Shown: positions 38,669 through 49,148, numbered from the stretch's first letter. The stretch: DNA of 64,000 nt from Candidatus Eiseniibacteriota bacterium (GCA_043810925.1 JBDRNT010000089.1:1-64000); one strand, 5' to 3'. Notes: generated from the letters alone by a model not told the origin. A program made the numbers and translations.

Positions 38669-39358
38669 GTGGGGGACTTCGGTCCGTGTGAGACTTCACC
38701 TGATATCGTCGTATTGGACTTCGATGGGACAATTCTTGACTCGATGCCGTTTCTGACCGAGCTGGCAGCTTCGCTCCTTTCCACCCGCTATGGGATGGCG
38801 CACGAGGAGGCGAGGCAGGCATACATAAAGACCACGGGTCTTCCGTTCGTCCAGCAGATTGAAATCGTCTTCCCGGGGGACTCGCGCAACCCGGTCACAG
38901 TGGAGGCTTTCGAGGAGGAGAAGCGCCGGCGCATGATGGAGTTTGAGCTTTTCCCGGATGTCCATCCCGCCGTTGGCGAGATCAGACGGAACGGCATAAA
39001 GGTCTGTGTCTCAAGCGGCAACTTCGAGAGACTCATTGAAAGGTTTCTCAAACTCAGGAAGCTCGACGTTGACCTCGTCCTGGGATACCGGCCCGGGTTC
39101 GAGAAAGGGCCCGATCACTTCAAGTTCATTATAAAGAGGTTCGGCTCGGCATTCGACAGGATGGTCTTTGTAGGGGACAGCCACAAGGACTGGCTCTCCG
39201 CAGAGGCAATGGGTGTCAGGTTCATAGCGCGAGCGGGGCTGCATACCGCCCGGGAGCTCGGTGTCCTGCTTCCCGGAGTGCCCGTAATCAATTCGCTTGA
39301 TCAGGTGATGCCTCTTGTGGGCATAAAAATAGCCCCAGAGGATTCTGGGGCCGGGTAA
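38669..39358 (+). CDS. HAD-family hydrolase
   Basis: DFDGT, SSG, K, GDS..D motifs; RBS AGGAGG. Confidence 0.9.
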   Translation: MGDFGPCETSPDIVVLDFDGTILDSMPFLTELAASLLSTRYGMAHEEARQAYIKTTGLPFVQQIEIVFPGDSRNPVTVEAFEEEKRRRMMEFELFPDVHPAVGEIRRNGIKVCVSSGNFERLIERFLKLRKLDVDLVLGYRPGFEKGPDHFKFIIKRFGSAFDRMVFVGDSHKDWLSAEAMGVRFIARAGLHTARELGVLLPGVPVINSLDQVMPLVGIKIAPEDSGAG

Positions 39359-39372
39359 TCCTCACAGACTTC

Positions 39373-39591
39373 CTAGATGTTCGGCAGGAGATCGACTACC
39401 TTCTGGATTATACTGCCCTCGAAAACGAAAGCAACCCTGTCATCGAAGTAATACCAGGTGTAAACCTTTCCGTTACGTAAGGTTTCGTCGGGTTTGCCGT
39501 AAATCCTGGCTACGGAATACTGCAGGCTTGCTTCTCCGTGTTCCCCGGCAATTTCCAGAGCGAAGTCACGATTCCCGGAAATTTCCACCAT
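39373..39591 (-). CDS. Small hypothetical protein
   Basis: RBS AAGGAG; upstream TTGACT-N18-TATAAT (39663-39692, minus); YGKPD...WYY...AFVF pattern. Confidence 0.6.
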   Translation of the reverse strand: MVEISGNRDFALEIAGEHGEASLQYSVARIYGKPDETLRNGKVYTWYYFDDRVAFVFEGSIIQKVVDLLPNI

Positions 39592-39780
39592 GTCTTGTCT
39601 CACTCCTTAATGATGTTTTCTCTCGAGCCAAGGCACGGGGCTTTCCCTTTCAGACTGAGAACATTATACCATAGGCATCCGGGAAAAGTCAAGATTTATC
39701 ACATGCGGGTTAAGGTCAACGCCTGTAAACTCAATGGATTCCCTCCTTACGGGCGACCCCGTCCGGGCGCCTGAGCCACG

Positions 39781-39863
39781 CGACTGCCCGGGGTCATGCC
39801 CGGGGTCAGAGCTCGAAAATCGCACCGACTGCCCGGGGTCAGAGCTCGAAAATCACACCGCGG
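39781..39863. repeat. Tandem GGGGTCAGAGCTCGAAA repeats
   Basis: One partial and two full copies of tgcccggggtcagagctcgaaaatcRcacc. Confidence 0.85.
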
Positions 39864-40110
39864 CCCCTATGGGATCCTTATTGAAGCCACTCGGCCTAAA
39901 GGTGTGGTGCTTACTGACCGATGATCCTGGTAACAGGAGGTCGTCGCTCTTCAGCAATCTATCCCGGCAGGCCGGAGTTTCAGCACTTGCCAGGGGTCAC
40001 AGCCATGTGCAATTACCGGCAATACGGCTATAGTGGCTTGCTCGACCGTCACCAAATAGAAGTACCGGCACAAGAATTCGAGACATCGAATTCTCAGAGG
40101 AGACCTGCCG

Positions 40111-42078
40111 ATGAACGCGAGACGTGTTTGCATTACCGTACAGGTGGTTGTCTGGTGCCTTGCCGGCATGATCCACTCACCGGCCCTGGCCCAGGACGTG
40201 CTCCAGGTTGAGGACTTAATGAACATGGACCTCGAGGATCTTCTCAACGTAGAGATTTCGGTGGCCTCGAAGAGGCCGGAGTCACTGTTTGAGGCGCCGG
40301 GAGTTGTCGTGGTCGTTCCCCGCGATGAGTTCGAAATCTACGGAGATAGGAACCTCCACCAGGTACTTCAACGTCAGGCCAGCGTCTATACGCGAAGTTC
40401 CTTTGTGTATTCGGATAACCTCGCGGCATTCAGAGGTGATATGTCGACCCATGCGGAGATGCACACGCTGCTTCTCTTTAACGGACGGCCGATCCGGGAG
40501 AGCGCACAAGGCCACAATGTCAACATGTACATGGCGTTTCCACTGGCCGGCATTGAAAGCATCGAGCTGATTCGCGGACCGGGATCCGTGCTGTATGGAA
40601 CCAATGCTTTCACAGGCGTGGTCAATCTTAATTCCCGGACGGTTCCCGAGCAACCCGGACTCACGGTCTTCTCTGCCGCAGGCAGCAACCGATACTATGA
40701 GACGACCGTCTCGGGGGGAGGCCGCTTCGGTGACCTTGGCTTCGTCGCAGCTGCCCGCGTCGCCGGCCAGGGCGGATACACATACTCGCTGTTCGATCAG
40801 GCGGGCGTCCACGGTACCGACAAGAAACATGATAGGAGCATCTCGGGAGTGGGGCACCTGGCCTATCGGGACTTCACTCTGGACTTCTTCGGGTCCCACG
40901 TAGATGCCTTCACCCTGGGTGTCCAGCCGTTCTGGTCCAACCCTCATCACTCAATCTGCAACAAGAAGCTCTTTGCAAACGCCGGGTATCGAGCCAGAGT
41001 GCACGATCGAATGACCCTGGATCTGAACGTCACTTATAACATTCAGGAGAACAGCCTCTCAAGTCCGGCCCCCATGATGATCGGCACCAATACCTCGGAC
41101 TTGCTCGGCGAGATGACGCTCTTCGCCGATCCCCTTGACAACCTGAGCGTAGTCCTGGGTTACCTGCAGGAGTACCGGATGAACTACGAGCCAGAGGCCG
41201 ACCACTTCCAGTCCATCCCTCCATATCATTATTCGCCGAAGAGTGCGTACGCGCAGGGTGACTACAAGGTCGGCACGTATCTTAAGCTGATTGCCGGTAC
41301 CCAATGGAACGAATCATCACAGGACTATTCGGATTTCGTGTCTCGATACGGGGCAATTATCACCCCGTTTGACAGGTGGGGTGTGAAGTTCCTGCGTGGG
41401 CAGGCCTTCCGTGCTCCTGTGACGCTGGAGTCGGACCTCAATGACCCGCCGATCCTTGTCGGTAACAAGAATCTTAAACCCGAGACGATCGTCACCTATG
41501 ACGCACAGCTCTTCTATAACGGCGCAAGCACCCACGCCGCAGTCACCTACTTCAACAGTGCCATTGATGGTCTGATCATCTATGACGCCGGCGTGAGCCC
41601 CATGTCATATATGAATGGGGGCGAACAGAAGTTTGACGGGATCGAGGTTGAAGCCACGCACTACTTCACACCGGACTGGCATGTGCTGGGCTCATACACG
41701 CACCAGGAGAACGAAGCCGATGTCGGTGTCAATCCGAGTGTAGTACCGAAGGACATGGCCAAGATAGGTACCGGGTACGCGTCGGCGTGGTGGGATGCCT
41801 CGTTCTTCTACAGCTACTTCGGCAAGCCGCCCACTATCGAGTCACCACTTGTCGTCAACCCGGCCCCGGAGGCTCTGAATCTGGTTACGCTGAATGTCCG
41901 TACGGATCCGTCCGGATTGCTGGGTCTCGACAGGGGTAGGATGATCCTGAGTGTCCGCGTCGAAAACGCCTTGAATGAGGAAGTCCATGTTCCGACGTTC
42001 GCCTACACAGGTTCGCCGAACTCCTTTCCCTACGGCCCGGGTACGGCAGTGTATGCGGACGTGGCAGTCAACTTCTAA
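40111..42078 (+). CDS. TonB-dependent receptor
   Basis: Signal peptide; LEDLLNVEISVASKRPE; IELIRGPGSVLYG plug; LKPE; terminal Phe. Confidence 0.93.
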   Translation: MNARRVCITVQVVVWCLAGMIHSPALAQDVLQVEDLMNMDLEDLLNVEISVASKRPESLFEAPGVVVVVPRDEFEIYGDRNLHQVLQRQASVYTRSSFVYSDNLAAFRGDMSTHAEMHTLLLFNGRPIRESAQGHNVNMYMAFPLAGIESIELIRGPGSVLYGTNAFTGVVNLNSRTVPEQPGLTVFSAAGSNRYYETTVSGGGRFGDLGFVAAARVAGQGGYTYSLFDQAGVHGTDKKHDRSISGVGHLAYRDFTLDFFGSHVDAFTLGVQPFWSNPHHSICNKKLFANAGYRARVHDRMTLDLNVTYNIQENSLSSPAPMMIGTNTSDLLGEMTLFADPLDNLSVVLGYLQEYRMNYEPEADHFQSIPPYHYSPKSAYAQGDYKVGTYLKLIAGTQWNESSQDYSDFVSRYGAIITPFDRWGVKFLRGQAFRAPVTLESDLNDPPILVGNKNLKPETIVTYDAQLFYNGASTHAAVTYFNSAIDGLIIYDAGVSPMSYMNGGEQKFDGIEVEATHYFTPDWHVLGSYTHQENEADVGVNPSVVPKDMAKIGTGYASAWWDASFFYSYFGKPPTIESPLVVNPAPEALNLVTLNVRTDPSGLLGLDRGRMILSVRVENALNEEVHVPTFAYTGSPNSFPYGPGTAVYADVAVNF

Positions 42079-42102
42079 GCATCACAGCCCCATGCAAATT
42101 CC

Positions 42103-42133
42103 CCGGGGTCAGAGCTCGAAAGTTGCGCCGCGG
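42103..42133. repeat. Single GGGGTCAGAGCTCGAAA repeat
   Basis: ccggggtcagagctcgaaagttgcgccgcgg. Confidence 0.8.
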
Positions 42134-42301
42134 TGAGCCGCTTCCTTCCTTGAATCAGGGCGGGACAAGCGCTATGCTTGGATGGTCCCGGCCTCGGAGC
42201 GGACGAGAAAATCATCCTTACCCTGATCGGCAACTCGGGTGAGGCCCTGTGGCCGCTGGTGAGAGAGACTGAAGACCTTCTAGCTCTGTGAGAGACTGGT
42301 C

Positions 42302-42371
42302 TCAGGTAATATCTTTATAGTGCCGATAAGACTGTTGAAATCTTGACAGTTCGCGGTGCGGTGCTTACCCT
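42302..42371 (+). promoter_or_regulatory. Tandem sigma-28-like and sigma-70 promoters of the galE operon
   Basis: TCAGG-N15-GCCGATAA (42302-42329) and TTGACA-N17-TACCCT (42343-42371). Confidence 0.5.
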
Positions 42372-42406
42372 GTGTGCACACAGTGATGCTTCACAAGGAG
42401 GAATAG

Positions 42407-43393
42407 TTGGCGGAGAAGATCCTTGTTACGGGCGGAGCGGGATACGTTGGGTCGGTGTGCGTCTCGCTGCTCATAGAGAAGGGCTATGAGGTCGTGATCT
42501 ATGACAATCTATCGGCCGGGCACAGGGAGGCTGTTACTGGGAACGTATTGCTCGAAGTCGGCGACCTCGCCGATCGCGCGAGACTGTCGGAGGTCTTTGA
42601 GTCCCACGCCCCGGATTTCGTCATGCACTTCGCGGCAAGCTGCCTCGTCGGGCAGTCCTATCATGAGCCGATACTCTACTACAGGAACAACGTAGCCAAC
42701 GCCGCCAACCTGGTCGACGTTATGCTTGAGCACGATGTTCGTGCCATCATCTTCTCCTCTTCCTGCGCCGTCTATGGCGAGCCTGTGCGTGTACCGATGA
42801 CCGAAGACGATCCCAAGAACCCGATAAATCCCTATGGTAGGACCAAACTCACGTTCGAGCATCTGCTTGAGGATTGCGATTCCGCACACGGCCTTAAGAG
42901 CGTGGCGCTGCGCTACTTCAATGCTGCAGGAGCAACAGACGAACTCGGGGAAGACCACGATCCCGAGACCCATCTTATACCCATAGTCCTTAAGGTCCCG
43001 CTCGGATTACTTGAAGGGGTGGAGGTTTTCGGGGATGACTACGCGACTCCCGACGGAACCTGCGTAAGAGACTACGTACACGTGAGCGACCGGGCCGCCG
43101 CGCATGAGAGCGCGCTTGAGATTCTGAGACAGGGCAAGTCGGACAGGATCAATCTCGGCAACGGTAACGGTTTCTCGGTCCTCGATGTCATACGGGCATC
43201 GGAGCAGGTCACAGGCAAGAGCATACCGTCCAGGGTCTCTCCGCGGCGGAAGGGCGACCCGGCCACTCTCGTCGCCGGTGCCGCGAGGGCCGCCGATGTA
43301 CTGGACTGGCATCCGTCATACACTTCGCTTGAAGCCATTATTGAGACCGCCTGGAAGTGGCACAAGGAGCACCCGCATGGGTACCGACGTTGA
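42407..43393 (+). CDS. galE: UDP-glucose 4-epimerase
   Basis: GGAGYVGS, YGRTK, LRYFN, DGTCVRDYVHV. Confidence 0.95.
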   Translation: MAEKILVTGGAGYVGSVCVSLLIEKGYEVVIYDNLSAGHREAVTGNVLLEVGDLADRARLSEVFESHAPDFVMHFAASCLVGQSYHEPILYYRNNVANAANLVDVMLEHDVRAIIFSSSCAVYGEPVRVPMTEDDPKNPINPYGRTKLTFEHLLEDCDSAHGLKSVALRYFNAAGATDELGEDHDPETHLIPIVLKVPLGLLEGVEVFGDDYATPDGTCVRDYVHVSDRAAAHESALEILRQGKSDRINLGNGNGFSVLDVIRASEQVTGKSIPSRVSPRRKGDPATLVAGAARAADVLDWHPSYTSLEAIIETAWKWHKEHPHGYRR

Positions 43394-45371
43394 CAGGACC
43401 GCCGATTCAGGCGAGCTTTCAAAGATGGTCACCGATCTCGAGACAAGGAGCAACCATCTTGAACAGTCGAACCAACACATGCGGCTGCTTCTTGAGATCC
43501 TGGGTCTGGTCCAGGGCGCTGACGATCTTGAAGCGATGCTCAGCATCATACTCACGTGTGTGACGTCAGGCTATTCTCTGGGCTTTAACCGCGCGTTTCT
43601 CTTTCTCCTGGACAAGGGTGGGAGGTCCCTGCGCGGTTCGCTTGCAGTTGGACCGAAGAGCGTCGAAGAGGCGCAGGAGATCTGGAAGAACGTAGAGGAG
43701 AAAGCCGGCGGGCTTGAAGAGATGGTGTCGGCGTCGAGTGCCGGTGGACTTGAGGGTGACAGGGAACTGACGGAAATGGTACGGGACATCCGGATCTCGG
43801 TAGGCGATGGTGCTTCGCTTCTTGACACGTGTCTTTCGGATGGCGAACCAATCGTTGTCACCGACCTGTCCGTTGTGAACGAGACGGATGTTCTGAGGAG
43901 GCTTGGTTCGAGCTCGTTCGTCTGCGCTCCGATAGTGACCGATGGACGCCCCATTGGAGTTGTGGTTGCAGACAATATGATCACGGGCCGTGTGCCGTCC
44001 GGGGAGCAGGTCAATCTCCTTAGAATGTTGGGGAACCAGGTCGGCGAGATCGTCACACACGCAAGTCATCATGATGACATCGAGCGACGGCTGCGCGAGC
44101 TATCCACTCTCAACGAGGTCTGCAAGGGCATTCTCTCAACGACGGATCTCGAAACCGATCTTGCGTTGATTGCAAGGATCTCGGCCCAGGTCCTCAACGC
44201 AACAGGCGCGGCACTGAGACTTGTTGAAGACGATACGGGTGCGCTGGTCATACAGGCTTTCTATGGCGCGACAGCCGATGAAGAGGCATCCGAAGCGGGT
44301 GCTCAGGCGATTGCCGAGACGGTTGCCCGGGATGGAAAGCCTCTCCTGACGGGGAGCGGTACTACCGGCACGGAAACGGACGGCGGGATTGTGCCGGCCA
44401 TGAGTCTTATATGTGTCCCTCTTACAAAGGCCGACCGCGTGATAGGCACACTGACGGTTTTCGGAAGAGGCGAGACCGACTCGTTCAGATCCGGGGGATT
44501 CGGTCAGGACGATCTCCGGTTCCTCAGCGTACTGGGCGGTCAGGCCGCCATAGCCATTGAAAATGCAAAACTATTCGGCAGTCTCAGGAAGACACAGCAG
44601 AGAATCCGCGAGCTGCATGAACACCTCCTGCGATCGGAGAGGCTTGCCGCGCTTGGTGAGTTGAGCTCCCAGGTCGCACATGAAATAAGGAATCCACTCA
44701 CTGCAATCGGCGGTTTTGCCAGATCGATAGAACGGCAGATGGATTCGGACGATCCGGAGCGCGACTCCATAGAGACGATAATAAGGGAGACTGAGAGGCT
44801 TGAGCGAATCCTCACGGAGCAGCTCTGCTTTGCCCGGATATCCCCGCCGGAGTTCGAGTCCGACGACATAAACAAGGTGATCCGGGAAACCGTCAACCTG
44901 TTTGCCGAGAGGATAGAATCGAGGAATGCCGGTCTTGAGATGGATCTTGCCGAGGACATACCGATGATGAGCATCGATCCCGGCAAGATTAAGCAGGTGC
45001 TTGTGAACCTGGTTCAAAACGCGATTGAGTGTATCTCAGACGGTGGAAACATCAGGATTTCAAGTAACAAGTGTGACCGGGTGGCGGAAGTGCGCGTGGC
45101 CAATGACGGTCCGCCGATTCCACCGGAGATTCTCGACAGGTTGTTTGTGCCGTTTGCGACGACCAAAGCCAGCGGTACGGGTCTCGGTCTTGCAATCGCG
45201 TCTGAGATCATCTACGAGCACGGCGGGACGATCGATGTCTCAAGTGGGGCGGAGTCCGGTACGGTGTTTCTGATATCGCTTCCGCTCACACTGGAAGGTG
45301 ACAGACGCAGGGGTCCGATAGACAGAAGAAGCGTAATGCGGGACAGACGGAGATTTAGTAGAATTCCTTAG
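43377..45371 (+). CDS. Cytoplasmic GAF-GAF histidine kinase
   Basis: AHEIRNPL H-box; N, G1, F and G2 boxes; two GAF domains. Confidence 0.92.
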   Translation: MGTDVDRTADSGELSKMVTDLETRSNHLEQSNQHMRLLLEILGLVQGADDLEAMLSIILTCVTSGYSLGFNRAFLFLLDKGGRSLRGSLAVGPKSVEEAQEIWKNVEEKAGGLEEMVSASSAGGLEGDRELTEMVRDIRISVGDGASLLDTCLSDGEPIVVTDLSVVNETDVLRRLGSSSFVCAPIVTDGRPIGVVVADNMITGRVPSGEQVNLLRMLGNQVGEIVTHASHHDDIERRLRELSTLNEVCKGILSTTDLETDLALIARISAQVLNATGAALRLVEDDTGALVIQAFYGATADEEASEAGAQAIAETVARDGKPLLTGSGTTGTETDGGIVPAMSLICVPLTKADRVIGTLTVFGRGETDSFRSGGFGQDDLRFLSVLGGQAAIAIENAKLFGSLRKTQQRIRELHEHLLRSERLAALGELSSQVAHEIRNPLTAIGGFARSIERQMDSDDPERDSIETIIRETERLERILTEQLCFARISPPEFESDDINKVIRETVNLFAERIESRNAGLEMDLAEDIPMMSIDPGKIKQVLVNLVQNAIECISDGGNIRISSNKCDRVAEVRVANDGPPIPPEILDRLFVPFATTKASGTGLGLAIASEIIYEHGGTIDVSSGAESGTVFLISLPLTLEGDRRRGPIDRRSVMRDRRRFSRIP

Positions 45372-45389
45372 ACAGTACGGGGGTAGGAT

Positions 45390-45746
45390 ATGGCAAGAGT
45401 GCTGGTGGTAGATGACGATGCCAGTCTGCGCGCGCTCTATACCAAGGAGCTGACGTACGAAGGCCACGAGGTTGCGGTGGCAGCGTCGGGCAACGAGGCT
45501 CTTGAGAGCATAGGCGAGAGCCGGCCGGACATCGTAGTGCTGGACATAAAGATGGAGGGTATGGACGGGCTTTCTGCACTCGATGAGATCATGAAGATCG
45601 ACAGGACAATACCGGTGATTCTTAACACCGCTTATTCGACTTTCAAGTCGGACTTCACAACGTGGAGCGCGGACGCATATGTCGTCAAGTCGAGTGACAT
45701 GAAGGAGCTTAAGGAGACCATCGACCAGATCCTCCAGGCACACTAA
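45390..45746 (+). CDS. Single-domain response regulator
   Basis: VDDD, VLDIKM, TAY, YVVKS. Confidence 0.93.
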   Translation: MARVLVVDDDASLRALYTKELTYEGHEVAVAASGNEALESIGESRPDIVVLDIKMEGMDGLSALDEIMKIDRTIPVILNTAYSTFKSDFTTWSADAYVVKSSDMKELKETIDQILQAH

Positions 45747-45757
45747 AGATGTTTCAC

Positions 45758-45786
45758 TTGACATGGCTCAAGCCTCAAGATAACTT
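45758..45786 (+). promoter_or_regulatory. Sigma-70 promoter of the tRNA pair
   Basis: TTGACA-N17-TAACTT. Confidence 0.6.
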
Positions 45787-45797
45787 GAATTTGTGTA

Positions 45798-45873
45798 GAC
45801 GCGGTAGCTCAGCAGGTAGAGCACAGGACTGAAAATCCTGGTGTCCTCGGTTCGATTCCGAGCCGCGTCACCA
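45798..45873 (+). tRNA. tRNA-Phe(GAA)
   Basis: 76-nt cloverleaf; anticodon loop CT-GAA-AA; GGTTCGATTCC; CCA. Confidence 0.97.
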
Positions 45874-45880
45874 CGGTCTT

Positions 45881-45956
45881 GCTGGTGTAGCTCAGCTGGT
45901 AGAGCAACGCACTCGTAATGCGTAGGTCAGCGGTTCGATTCCGCTCACCAGCTCCA
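45881..45956 (+). tRNA. tRNA-Thr(CGT)
   Basis: 76-nt cloverleaf; anticodon loop CT-CGT-AA; CCA. Confidence 0.97.
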
Positions 45957-45972
45957 TCTTGAGGCTGGGTAA

Positions 45973-48717
45973 TTGCGTCGTATAGCCATCTTCGTTGTCC
46001 TCATCTTAGCCACCGCGGCTATGCTTGCACTTTTTTCCCTCAGAGTTGTAGGTGACAATGAGGTCGTGCTTGTGGGAGAGGGCGGCGATACGAGGGAACT
46101 CAAGTCGGGCATAAACTTCCTGAAACCCCTTGCCAAGGTCAGACGGTATAACCTGACCGACACATACGAGCTCCGGGGTGACAACGCTCTTTCAGTCAGG
46201 TTGGACCGGAAGACGAGCGCCGTCTTTGACTGTGCGGTGGATGTGAGCCTGGCGAGAGACCGTATCCGGGACCTCGATCGCGACTATGGTGACAGGGTCT
46301 TTGAGAAGTTACTGAGACCGTTGCTCGAAAGAGAGATCACCGGTCATCTTGAGGAAGCGTTCGACTCGAGCCGGCAGTTCCTCGATGCGCTGGGGGGTGA
46401 GCTCTCCGCGAGTATCAACGAGACGACGGTAGGGCTCGGTGTGACCATCTCGTCCATCCGCCTGGACAAAGTCACAGAGCGTCTGAACCAGGTCCACGAT
46501 CTCAAGCGCGGCGACGGGGTCAAGGTATTCGTCCTCGGGCTGGACGGCTATGATTGGATGATCATGGACAAGGTCTCCGAGACCCACGGTCTGGCCAATA
46601 TCCGAAGCATTCAGCGTGAGGGCGCGTGGGGTAACCTGCGATCGATGGAGCCCCTGATATCCCCGTTGATCTGGACTACCATGGTGACCGGGGTTACACC
46701 CGATGTGCACGGTATAACGGACTTTCTTACCAAGGACGAGAGCACGGGTGAGGACATCCCCGTCACGAGCAGCATGCGCAGGGTCCCGGCCCTATGGAAC
46801 ATAACCTCGTTGTTCGATCTCACCTCGGGATTCGTCGGGTGGTTTGCATCTTTTCCGGCCGAGGAAATCGAGGGCTTCATTGTCAGTGATAGATTCGCCT
46901 ACCATATGTTCGATCCACAGGGGCGCCAGGCGGGCAGGCACGCGGAGGGGGAGGGTTTGACGTACCCGCCGGGGCTCTATGACGAAGTCGGGTACCTCAG
47001 GGTCTCACCCGATGAGGCTACGGGTGATCTTAGCCTCTACACAAAGGGCCCCATAGGCACGCTCAGGGATGAATACAGCCCGGATGATACGGACAGCAAT
47101 CTGCGGCTGATCATCTCTGCCTACCGGACATATGAGAATGTGATGGCGGCTCTCTATAAGACTCATGCGCCCGATCTCTTCGGTATCTACTTCGAGTTCA
47201 CCGACAGCATCGGTCACCTGCTCATGAAGTACATGAAGCCACCGATGGCGGGGGTGAGTCAGGAAGAGCATAGGAGATACGGGGGCGGCATCATGGCAAC
47301 CTATGCCGAGGCCGACCGGATCATAGGCAACGTCCTGGATCTGGTGGATGAATCAACGGTCGTCATGATCGTGTCGGATCACGGTTTCAAGTCGGGTGAC
47401 ATGAGGCCGCTGACCGATTCGCGAATGGGGTTCGGCCAGGCAGTGGAATGGCACAGGATCGACGGCTCGATTGCGCTCTATGGCGGCATAGTCAAGCAGG
47501 GCTACCGGATAACCGACGCGAGCGTTCTGGATGTGGCTCCCACCATACTCCATCTACTTGGGCTGCCCGTCGACAGGAAGATGACCGGCAAGGTGCTCCT
47601 GGATGCGTTTGATGATTCCTGGGTTGAGAGTCACCCGGTGACCTACACGACCAAGTATGATTCACTGATTTCCGGAGAAGAATACACCCCGGCCGCCTCC
47701 GGTGGGGACAAGACACTCAGGGACAAACTGGTCTCACTCGGTTACGTGGCCGGCGGTAACAAGTCGCTTGTCAACCTTGCCAACTACTATCACAGAAACG
47801 GCAAGTTTGCCGAGGCCCTCGACGTGTGGAAAGAGATTGTCAGAGAGGATCCCCGCGATCTTGGTGCTAGGATTGGAATGAGCAACGCTCATTTCGAGTT
47901 GGGCCGGGACGACCTTGCGATTCGGGGACTGCTTGAGGTGATCGAAGACGATCCGGGTAATCTCCAGGCCTTCCAGAGTATCTCCACCATCCATATCAAG
48001 CGTGGAAGGGCGGGAGAGGCCCTTGAGTTCGCCGAGAGGGGACTTGAGGTCGATGGCAACGATGGTATGTCCTATCTCAACAGGGGCAGCGCGCTTCAGC
48101 TCATGGGAAGGGTGGATGAGGCCGCTCAGTCTTTTCGCCGGGCGATCGAGCTCGCTCCCGATCTTCCTGAGGCATACGCGAATCTGTCCCAGATATACGT
48201 GTCAAGCGGGCGCGAGCATGAAGGCCTTGAAATGGCGCAGCGAGCGGTTGCGCTTGCCTCGGGGAAATCCGAGATGCACTACGTTCTTGGAATGGCACTC
48301 AACGCAAATGGCAGGACACAGGAGGCTCTGGACGAGTACCTGACAACGATAAGGATCAACGACAGGTTCGTCCCGGGTTACATAGGTGCATGCGGGATCC
48401 TGTTTGCTGAAGGCAAGACCGACAGTGTCCTCATTCTGTGTGAGCACGCGCTTGAGTTTCCATCACCGTACGCGGCGCATGTTCACGGCCTGATAGGAAG
48501 CGCACACATGGGCCGTGGGAACCTGCGGGACGCTGCAAAGGAGTTTCAAACGGCGATTGAGGCCGATCGCTCTTATGTAGCGGCCCACGTGAATCTTGCC
48601 AGGATATACGGCCGGGAAGGCAAGAAGCGGGAGGCGATCGCAGAGCTTGAAACGGCGCTTTCGATCGACCCCGACGATCCCGAGGCGCGACGCCTGCTTG
48701 AAAGTCTCCGGCGCTAG
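45973..48717 (+). CDS. Membrane-anchored SPFH-like / alkaline phosphatase superfamily / TPR protein
   Basis: LGLDG, SPLIWTTMVTG, SDHGF, LVSLGY, then TPRs. Confidence 0.85.
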   Translation: MRRIAIFVVLILATAAMLALFSLRVVGDNEVVLVGEGGDTRELKSGINFLKPLAKVRRYNLTDTYELRGDNALSVRLDRKTSAVFDCAVDVSLARDRIRDLDRDYGDRVFEKLLRPLLEREITGHLEEAFDSSRQFLDALGGELSASINETTVGLGVTISSIRLDKVTERLNQVHDLKRGDGVKVFVLGLDGYDWMIMDKVSETHGLANIRSIQREGAWGNLRSMEPLISPLIWTTMVTGVTPDVHGITDFLTKDESTGEDIPVTSSMRRVPALWNITSLFDLTSGFVGWFASFPAEEIEGFIVSDRFAYHMFDPQGRQAGRHAEGEGLTYPPGLYDEVGYLRVSPDEATGDLSLYTKGPIGTLRDEYSPDDTDSNLRLIISAYRTYENVMAALYKTHAPDLFGIYFEFTDSIGHLLMKYMKPPMAGVSQEEHRRYGGGIMATYAEADRIIGNVLDLVDESTVVMIVSDHGFKSGDMRPLTDSRMGFGQAVEWHRIDGSIALYGGIVKQGYRITDASVLDVAPTILHLLGLPVDRKMTGKVLLDAFDDSWVESHPVTYTTKYDSLISGEEYTPAASGGDKTLRDKLVSLGYVAGGNKSLVNLANYYHRNGKFAEALDVWKEIVREDPRDLGARIGMSNAHFELGRDDLAIRGLLEVIEDDPGNLQAFQSISTIHIKRGRAGEALEFAERGLEVDGNDGMSYLNRGSALQLMGRVDEAAQSFRRAIELAPDLPEAYANLSQIYVSSGREHEGLEMAQRAVALASGKSEMHYVLGMALNANGRTQEALDEYLTTIRINDRFVPGYIGACGILFAEGKTDSVLILCEHALEFPSPYAAHVHGLIGSAHMGRGNLRDAAKEFQTAIEADRSYVAAHVNLARIYGREGKKREAIAELETALSIDPDDPEARRLLESLRR

Positions 48718-48739
48718 CCTCGAACACCTCTGAAAGAGC

Positions 48740-48767
48740 TAATGCCCCCGCCTCAGCCAGCCGAACT
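48740..48767 (+). promoter_or_regulatory. Sigma-28-like promoter
   Basis: TAATG-N15-GCCGAACT. Confidence 0.4.
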
Positions 48768-48803
48768 ATACCTCCGGGCGCGGCTCATAATGGAGGTGCA
48801 GAT

Positions 48804-49049
48804 ATGGCCACGAAACGTCAGACCAAGAAGCACTTAAGCCCTAAGGACTACACGCGGCCCCTGTTCAAGGGAACGTGGGAAGGAATGTACACATTCTGGA
48901 AGAATCCGGCAATGTGGTCCGACCAGGTTGTTTACAAGACTCTCAAGGAAATGGGAGGCAAGCCCTACACGGCACGTGACGTTCGTTCCATGATCAAGAC
49001 CTATTGCACGATCATGAGAGAGTACGTCGAGAAGACCAAGAACTGGTAA
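48804..49049 (+). CDS. Small basic hypothetical protein (81 aa)
   Basis: RBS GGAGGTG; GC3-rich codons. Confidence 0.8.
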   Translation: MATKRQTKKHLSPKDYTRPLFKGTWEGMYTFWKNPAMWSDQVVYKTLKEMGGKPYTARDVRSMIKTYCTIMREYVEKTKNW

Positions 49050-49095
49050 GTAGCCTGTAGGTTTGTAAGTTGATCCGAGCCGCGGTTGCAATTAC

Positions 49096-49128
49096 GGGGA
49101 GCCGGCCTGATGGGCGGCTCCCCTTCTC
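49096..49128 (+). terminator. GC-rich hairpin, possible terminator or mRNA-stabilising stem
   Basis: ggggagccg...cggctcccc followed by ttctc. Confidence 0.4.
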
Positions 49129-49148
49129 ATTGACAAGCACGGGATGAC

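Noticed and set aside
39781-39863. CRISPR-like repeats
   Set aside because: Only two and a half copies, no unique spacers, no cas genes; part of the dispersed GGGGTCAG family
39734-40033. 99-aa ORF with CPGSELEN repeats
   Set aside because: Translation artefact of the DNA repeats; no RBS
42178-42310. Glycine riboswitch-like text or short ORF (DGPGLGADEKIILTLIG...LLAL*)
   Set aside because: Lacks the GCCGAAG core; the ORF is short with no RBS, at most a gene remnant
43081-43105. GalE DRAAAH instead of the usual DLA.AH
   Set aside because: Single-codon difference, indistinguishable from a sequencing error or tolerated variant
45798-45975. tRNA-anchored genomic island
   Set aside because: No integrase and no duplicated tRNA 3' end seen in the window
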